Below are positions 46,482 to 52,400 of a stretch of DNA of 52,400 nt, piece after piece. Source of the stretch: Bacteroidales bacterium (lineage in GTDB: Bacteria; Bacteroidota; Bacteroidia; Bacteroidales; WCHB1-69); the NCBI GenBank assembly GCA_038240835.1, contig JBBRGJ010000003.1:1-52400 (forward strand), given 5' to 3'. The notes beneath the pieces are model-generated. The model searched no databases and was not told the origin of the DNA. It saw only the letters and a program-made list of their open reading frames with translations. Position 1 is the first letter of the stretch. Each line of letters starts with the position of its first letter. The position numbers were made by a program, and so were the translations under genes.

Positions 46482-48385
46482 TTTATTCCTCCATTAGATT
46501 CTTTGTTAGAGGGGATATCCAGTATCTCAAATTCTGAATTATTACTAATATATTCTGGCACCATTAATTTCATCATTTTCACCAATTCCACTTTGTCTTG
46601 ATTTATTAATGATATGATTTTTTCAATATCTGGCTTCACTTCTTCTATCTCGTAAAATCTAACTTTAGCAATCATTATCTTCTCATGTGAAGTCGGGATG
46701 GTATTTTCTTTGGAAGCCAACAACTCTTCGTAAAGTTTTTCTCCAGGCCTTAAACCCGTAAACTGAATTTGAATATCTTTCCCCAAAGTCAGTCCCGAAA
46801 GTTCGATCATTTTCTTAGCCAAATCAATAATTTTCACCGATTCGCCCATGTCAAAGATAAAAATCTCACCACCATTCCCCATGGCTCCGGCAATAAGGAC
46901 CAACTGACAAGCTTCGGGAATTGTCATAAAAAAACGAGTAATATCAGGATGTGTGATGGTGATCGGTCCCCCTTTATCTATTTGATCGCGAAAAACAGGA
47001 ATCACAGAACCGTTGGAACCTAAAACATTTCCAAACCGAGTGGTGATAAACATGGTTTTATTTAGCTGATTTAATGATTGAATATAAATCTCAGCAATTC
47101 GTTTGGTTGCGCCCATAATATTGGTTGGATTTACCGCTTTGTCGGTAGAGACCATCACAAACTTTTTCACTTCATATTTAAGCGACAAATCCGCTAACAC
47201 CTTCGTTCCATAAACATTGTTATTCACGGCCGAAGCAGGATTTTTCTCCATCATAGGCACATGTTTGTAAGCGGCTGCGTGATAAACAACATCGGGTTTG
47301 TATTTTGCAAACAGCAATTCCATTTGAGATTGATTGGAAACATCTACAATATGAAAGTCAAAATCACGATCTAAATACATCCCTTTCATCTCCAACTCCA
47401 TGTAAAAAAGAGGAGTTTCGGCAATGTCCACCAAGATGATTTTTCTACAATTATATCTAGCAATCTGTCTCACAATTTCGCTACCAATAGAGCCAGCAGC
47501 ACCAGTAATCATGATCGTTTTTCCCACCAAATCGGCGATTATTAATTGCTCATCTAATTTTATCTCGTCGCGCTGAAGCAGCTCTTCAATTTTGATTTTT
47601 TTAATCTGTTTAAAACTCAGTTCTCCATTAATCCATCTACTTACAGGCGGAACAATCAGCACTTTAGCATTGTGAGACAAACATTGTTCAGTAATCTGTT
47701 TTTTCACATCTTGATGAATATCTTGGATGGCAATAATTACGTGAGCAATCACATTGTCCGTAAGAAGTTCAACTAGTTTTTTGGAATTATAAATGGTTAC
47801 ATCCTCCATTTTTTTCCCAACTTTACTTGTGTCATCATCCACAAAAGCAAGCACCTTGTATTTCAACCCAGCATCTCTATCAATGGCTCTTTTGGTACTC
47901 AATCCGGCTACACCAGCTCCGTAAATAATCACATTTTGCTTATCACGAGAAGGATTTACAAATTCCAAATAAGCAACTTTAATCCCCATTCGATAGATCC
48001 AAATAACAAAAGTGGTGATTCCAAATTCAATAATTACAATAGAAAATGGGATAAAAAAAGTTTCATTAACAAAGTTGAAAGTCACCCAATTTAACACAAT
48101 AAAAGAAAGCGAAACAATGGCATTGGCCATAAAAATTCGGAAAATATCACGAGTAGCCGTATACCTGATGATGCTTTTATGCGTTTTAGCAATCAGAAAC
48201 GAGAGCAATCTAGCGGCGATTACCACGGGCAAAATCAAAGGAATGGTCGAAATTTGATCGGGTGGAATTTGAAAATTAAATCGAAGCAAGTATGCCATAA
48301 ACAGGGACACTACAACCACCGAAATATCTATTCCAAGGATTACAATACCGGGTAAATTATTATCTTTTATATACTCTTTCATCAT
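46478..48385 (-). CDS. Membrane-anchored nucleoside-diphosphate sugar 4,6-dehydratase (PglF/CapD/WbpM family)
   Basis: Four N-terminal TM helices; IYGAG; ITGAAGSIGSE, HAAAYKHVP, STDKAVNP, RFGNVLGS, GLRPGEKLYEEL. Confidence 0.93.
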   Translation of the reverse strand: MMKEYIKDNNLPGIVILGIDISVVVVSLFMAYLLRFNFQIPPDQISTIPLILPVVIAARLLSFLIAKTHKSIIRYTATRDIFRIFMANAIVSLSFIVLNWVTFNFVNETFFIPFSIVIIEFGITTFVIWIYRMGIKVAYLEFVNPSRDKQNVIIYGAGVAGLSTKRAIDRDAGLKYKVLAFVDDDTSKVGKKMEDVTIYNSKKLVELLTDNVIAHVIIAIQDIHQDVKKQITEQCLSHNAKVLIVPPVSRWINGELSFKQIKKIKIEELLQRDEIKLDEQLIIADLVGKTIMITGAAGSIGSEIVRQIARYNCRKIILVDIAETPLFYMELEMKGMYLDRDFDFHIVDVSNQSQMELLFAKYKPDVVYHAAAYKHVPMMEKNPASAVNNNVYGTKVLADLSLKYEVKKFVMVSTDKAVNPTNIMGATKRIAEIYIQSLNQLNKTMFITTRFGNVLGSNGSVIPVFRDQIDKGGPITITHPDITRFFMTIPEACQLVLIAGAMGNGGEIFIFDMGESVKIIDLAKKMIELSGLTLGKDIQIQFTGLRPGEKLYEELLASKENTIPTSHEKIMIAKVRFYEIEEVKPDIEKIISLINQDKVELVKMMKLMVPEYISNNSEFEILDIPSNKESNGGIK

Positions 48386-48442
48386 TATTTAAGTGTAAAA
48401 CATTCAAATAAATTAATATTCATGTTGTTTAGCTGTCAGATG

Positions 48443-48574
48443 CAAAGTTATAAAATCCTTAGCAATTCTAAAAGAATATTATCAAGTATATTCCAAAATG
48501 TATTTTCAATAACAAATTCCCACATTATTTAACACACTATAAAGAGGCGAAAATCATTATTTTTTTTAACTTTG
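48443..48574. promoter_or_regulatory. Divergent -7 boxes TAACTTTG (minus, 48443-48450; plus, 48567-48574)
   Basis: TAnnTTTG boxes facing the pglF-like gene and gcvT. Confidence 0.5.
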
Positions 48575-48734
48575 CACTGCAAGAGCAATAAGTTAGTCTT
48601 TTCGATAATTAATTAGATACAAATCAACTATTTACCGAAACAAAAACAGGAAATATCAAATAATTACTGACATTGCTAAGTATTATTTACGAAAAATTAC
48701 TTTTTTTTTGAAATACTAAAAAATAAATTATACA

Positions 48735-49826
48735 ATGAAAACAACAGCATTTACAAAAATTCACGAATCATTAGGGGCAAAGATGGTTCCATTTGCAGGA
48801 TTTTACATGCCCGTTCAATACGAAGGTTTAGGAATAGAACACGAAACAGTAAGAACAAAACTGGGCGTGTTTGATGTTTCTCACATGGGTGAGATTTCTG
48901 TAAAAGGACCTAAAGCGCTTGAGTTTGTCAACCACATCACATCCAACGACGCTGCTTTATTATTCGATGGAAAAATTCAATACTCTTGTCTCCCTAATGG
49001 AAAAGGCGGAATTGTAGATGATTTATTGGTATACAGAATATCTGAAGAGTTTTATTTCTTAGTAATTAACGCAGCTAATATTGACAAAGATTGGGCTTGG
49101 ATTCAAGAACAAAACAAAAAAATTGGAGCAGAGATTGCTAACGTTTCCGACGACTTCTCTCAATTAGCAATTCAAGGCCCATTGGCACTGAAAGCAATGC
49201 AAAAATTAACCGATACTTCCGTTGAAGACATGGAGTACTACACGCATAAGACCTTAACTTTTGCTGGAATTCCAAACATTCTTTTTTCCATTACTGGCTA
49301 CACCGGTTCGGGGGGTTGCGAAATCTATTTCCCAAACAATGTTGCAGATAAAATATGGGCAGCCGTATTTGAAGCAGGTGCTGAATTTGGAATTAAACCC
49401 ATTGGTTTAGGCGCTAGAGACACTTTACGATTAGAAATGGGATTTTGCTTATATGGCAACGACATCGACGACACCACTTCTCCTATCGAAGCTGGATTGG
49501 GTTGGATTACAAAATTCACCGATACAAAAAATCATATCGACAAAGAGATTCATTTAAGCCAAAAACAAAACGGGGTGACTCGCAAACTTGTTGGATTTGA
49601 AATGGTAGACAAGGGAATTCCTCGTCACGAGTACGAAATCTGCGATGCTAGCGGTGGACACATTGGAGTGGTTACTTCTGGAACTCAAGGTCCATCGGTA
49701 AACAAAGCCATTGGAATGGGATATGTAACACCTGCATACACAAAATCTGGTTCAGAAATATTTATCAACATCAGAGGCAAACTCATTAAAGCAGTTGTTG
49801 TAAAACTACCTTTTTACAAAGCATAA
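48735..49826 (+). CDS. gcvT: Glycine cleavage system aminomethyltransferase T
   Basis: [40 protein letters not shown]. Confidence 0.97.
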   Translation: MKTTAFTKIHESLGAKMVPFAGFYMPVQYEGLGIEHETVRTKLGVFDVSHMGEISVKGPKALEFVNHITSNDAALLFDGKIQYSCLPNGKGGIVDDLLVYRISEEFYFLVINAANIDKDWAWIQEQNKKIGAEIANVSDDFSQLAIQGPLALKAMQKLTDTSVEDMEYYTHKTLTFAGIPNILFSITGYTGSGGCEIYFPNNVADKIWAAVFEAGAEFGIKPIGLGARDTLRLEMGFCLYGNDIDDTTSPIEAGLGWITKFTDTKNHIDKEIHLSQKQNGVTRKLVGFEMVDKGIPRHEYEICDASGGHIGVVTSGTQGPSVNKAIGMGYVTPAYTKSGSEIFINIRGKLIKAVVVKLPFYKA

Positions 49827-49829
49827 CCT

Positions 49830-49885
49830 AATAATAATTGAGAGCATTCTCTGTTGATTTAAACATAATGCTCTCAATTATTATT
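49830..49885. terminator. 19-bp inverted repeat after gcvT (terminator or mRNA-stability hairpin)
   Basis: AATAATAATTGAGAGCATT-N18-AATGCTCTCAATTATTATT. Confidence 0.6.
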
Positions 49886-49921
49886 CTCTGCCACAATCAT
49901 TAATCACAATAAAAAACGAAT

Positions 49922-50650
49922 ATGCCAACAATCGAAGTATGTTTTACCCCTGAGTTATACATACACAAACACACTCAAGGAAAACATATAACACTTATCA
50001 TTGATGTTATGAGAGCATCTACATCTATTTGTGCTGCACTTTACAACAATGTAAAAGCGATTATTCCAGTTTGCGAACTAGAAGAACTAAAAAGACTTAA
50101 GCAAGTAGGATATCTAATTGCCTCCGAGCGAGAAGGATTAAAATTGGATTTTGCAGACATGGGCAACTCTCCTTCTCAGTTCCTTGATCCTAACCTAAAA
50201 GGTTCTACCATCGCATACAGCACTACCAATGGCACTAGAGCAATTAGTTTGATAAATGAACAAGATGAAACAACGATTTACATTGCCGCGTTGACAAATC
50301 TTGATTTATTATGTGATTTTATTCACCAAAGCAACGAAAATGTGGTGATTGTCTGTTCGGGATGGAAACACGAATTCAGTCTTGAAGATGCCGTAGTTGC
50401 AGGCGCTTATTGCGAAAACCTAATCCAACTTGGCAATTACGAAACCTCTTGCGACGCATCTACTGCAAGCATCGATCTTTGGAAACTTGCAAAAACAGAT
50501 CTGCCTCAATACATCGAAAAATGCAAGCATAAACATAGGCTAACACAATTAGGACTTGAAGAAAGCATTCCTTTTTGTTTAGACCTGAACAGTTCTCCTG
50601 TGATTCCTATTGTAAAAAATGGAATGATCACAAGACTAGACTACAAATAG
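49922..50650 (+). CDS. comB: 2-phosphosulfolactate phosphatase family protein
   Basis: IIDVMRASTSI, ERE..K..FADMGNSP, STTNGT, SLEDA. Confidence 0.88.
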   Translation: MPTIEVCFTPELYIHKHTQGKHITLIIDVMRASTSICAALYNNVKAIIPVCELEELKRLKQVGYLIASEREGLKLDFADMGNSPSQFLDPNLKGSTIAYSTTNGTRAISLINEQDETTIYIAALTNLDLLCDFIHQSNENVVIVCSGWKHEFSLEDAVVAGAYCENLIQLGNYETSCDASTASIDLWKLAKTDLPQYIEKCKHKHRLTQLGLEESIPFCLDLNSSPVIPIVKNGMITRLDYK

Positions 50651-50716
50651 TCAAATTAATATTTTGACATCTTTGTTTACAGATAAAAAGCATTAATAAT
50701 AACCAAAAAGAGACGA

Positions 50717-51643
50717 ATGCATTTGATTAAGAAAATCGTTTTTCTGAGTTTACTCATACTTCTTTCCCTATCCTCTTTCGGACAGAGAAACCGTATACAC
50801 GAAGATTGGTGCATTGGCGCTCATATTGGAACCACTTCTCTTTGGGGTGATATCACCGATAACGAAAACCACTTCCTTCCAGGTGGTCCTTTCCAAAAAG
50901 GATTTTACGAAGATCGGAAAATGATGTGGGGTGCTTCCATTGGAAAGAACTTGTCTCCAGTTTACAATCTTAAGGCTCAGCTACTTTTTGGATCTGTTAC
51001 CGGACAAACAACTGTTGAAAAAATGTTCATGAACTCCACTATTCAAGATTATAGCCTTATTCTCTCTGCCGATTTTATTGATCTTTTCAAATGGGCGTCA
51101 AAATCCAATTGGGATTTCTATGGATTTGTTGGAATTGGGTTTACGCGCTTTCGCTCTCAATTAAACAGTTCCATTATTAACGATTCAGTCCATCAGCCCG
51201 TTTTAAACTATTCGCCAAACGATTCGACTAAATATTTCAATAAAAAATACGGCTCTACCATTTCAATTCCATTTGGACTTGGAATCAATTACAAGATTGG
51301 CAATAAATTAGTAATCAATGCAGAGTCATCCATCAGGTACCTCAATACAGATTGGCTCGATGCAGCAGTTTCCTCAAAAAGGAGATTTGAAGGTTTTGGG
51401 TTTCTATCAATCGGTGTAACTTATCGTTTTGATTTACCCAGAGGCGGAAGTGTTTGGTCTAGAAAAAGCAATCACAGTTTTGATGCTCAAAAAGACAACA
51501 CCAGTTCATCATACAGAAACAAGCGAAGAAATGGCAACATTTCTTCAGATCCATTCAAAAATAGAGGAAACGGAAAAAGTTCGATGAAAAATGGTAGCTT
51601 AAAAAAGAAGAAGAGAAAAACTTTCAAGACTCCAACCAAATAG
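50717..51643 (+). CDS. Outer-membrane beta-barrel protein (DUF6089/OmpA-barrel-like) with basic C-terminal tail
   Basis: Signal peptide; amphipathic strands, IPFGLGINY, TDWLD, SIGVTYRF; then about 70 aa of Lys/Arg/Ser-rich tail. Confidence 0.7.
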   Translation: MHLIKKIVFLSLLILLSLSSFGQRNRIHEDWCIGAHIGTTSLWGDITDNENHFLPGGPFQKGFYEDRKMMWGASIGKNLSPVYNLKAQLLFGSVTGQTTVEKMFMNSTIQDYSLILSADFIDLFKWASKSNWDFYGFVGIGFTRFRSQLNSSIINDSVHQPVLNYSPNDSTKYFNKKYGSTISIPFGLGINYKIGNKLVINAESSIRYLNTDWLDAAVSSKRRFEGFGFLSIGVTYRFDLPRGGSVWSRKSNHSFDAQKDNTSSSYRNKRRNGNISSDPFKNRGNGKSSMKNGSLKKKKRKTFKTPTK

Positions 51644-51647
51644 AGTT

Positions 51648-52400
51648 TTACTTCTGAGAAACAAACACTGGTTTTTCTGGTTTTGACAACGATTTTTCGT
51701 AATAATACTCTTGGTCAAATCCCATTAAATCTGTTGGATCTGTTATTTGATGCTCCATGATAAACCGAGTCATCATTCCACGAGCCTTTTTAGCCCAAAA
51801 ACTGACCATTTTATACTCACCATTGCGGTAATTCAAAAAAGAAGGAGTAATTACTTCTGCTCCCAATGTTTTAAAATCAATTGCTTTGGAGTATTCCACA
51901 GAGGCTAAATTGACGACCACATTCGATTTAATAATATCCAGCTGACTGCGCAGTGACTGCGTGATTACATCGCTCCAAAAGTGATAAAGATTCTGAGAAT
52001 TGCCCACTTTAAATTTAAGTCCCATCTCCATTCGGTGTGGTTGAATTAAATCTAAAGGACGCAAAACGCCGTAAAGTCCATCAATAATACGCAAATGATG
52101 GTGGGTATATTCTACCACATCTTCGTTCATCGAAATGGCGTCCATCCCTTGATATGCATCACCATTAAATGCGAACAATGCATGTTTCAAAACGGCCTTT
52201 TCCAATTTTGCCGTATGGTTTTGAAAATAGTCAAAAACTTTAATTGACAAGGAAGTGCTAATTCCCATTATTTTTGAAATATCATTCACATTCCACTGCT
52301 TAGCTTGGCGAATTATATAAAGCGATTGTTGAGTAAACTCAGGAGTTGTATGTGAAAATTGATTTTCGAATGGCGAAAAATCAATTGTTTTTGAAGGAGA
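51648..52400 (-). CDS. yaaA: Peroxide stress protein YaaA (DUF328); 5'-partial
   Basis: Frame open to the window edge (SPSKTIDF); AFNGDAY, GLYGVLRPLD, RMEMG, NLASVEY, AKKARG. Confidence 0.93.
   Translation of the reverse strand, partial: SPSKTIDFSPFENQFSHTTPEFTQQSLYIIRQAKQWNVNDISKIMGISTSLSIKVFDYFQNHTAKLEKAVLKHALFAFNGDAYQGMDAISMNEDVVEYTHHHLRIIDGLYGVLRPLDLIQPHRMEMGLKFKVGNSQNLYHFWSDVITQSLRSQLDIIKSNVVVNLASVEYSKAIDFKTLGAEVITPSFLNYRNGEYKMVSFWAKKARGMMTRFIMEHQITDPTDLMGFDQEYYYEKSLSKPEKPVFVSQK

Noticed and set aside
48575-48734. Glycine riboswitch in the gcvT leader
   Set aside because: The leader is very AT-rich and lacks the GGAGA...CCGAAG...CTCTCAGG aptamer core.
118-49519. Many short ORFs antisense to or nested in the long genes
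   Set aside because: Shadow frames of well-supported genes, with no independent start context or motifs.

Overview
AT-rich chromosomal window from an anaerobic Bacteroidota (Bacteroidales-like) genome. The assignment rests on many TAnnTTTG -7 promoter boxes just upstream of genes, T9SS-type C-terminal domains and Bacteroidota-style YidC/HisS/GcvT. About 37 protein genes, mostly housekeeping (hisS, hutH, panB, PMM/PGM, fmt, pyk, gpsA, DEAD-box helicase, yidC, gcvT, comB, yaaA, GH3/beta-lactamase fusion, SNF2, PglF/CapD). No tRNA, rRNA, CRISPR array, transposase or integrase was seen. Main points: (1) a secreted protein (2486-3376) with motifs resembling a compact Cys-Gln thioester domain plus a T9SS-like C-terminus; (2) a hydrogen module (36149-43072) with a trimeric [FeFe]-hydrogenase whose HydB carries non-bifurcating signatures, next to an HfsABC-like H2-sensing cassette with a divergent H-cluster pocket; (3) a 431-bp non-coding, multi-stem element with an A16 tract, bracketed by 135-bp direct repeats of the pyk 3' end and terminator (27381-28081); (4) many intergenic repeats: REPIN-like nested palindromes, a tandem duplication, ~18-nt mini-palindromes inside other repeats, and three heptamer arrays, one translated as a tail on Fmt; (5) a secreted-protein gene broken by two single-A insertions. 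All functional calls come from recognising motifs by eye; no database searches were run.
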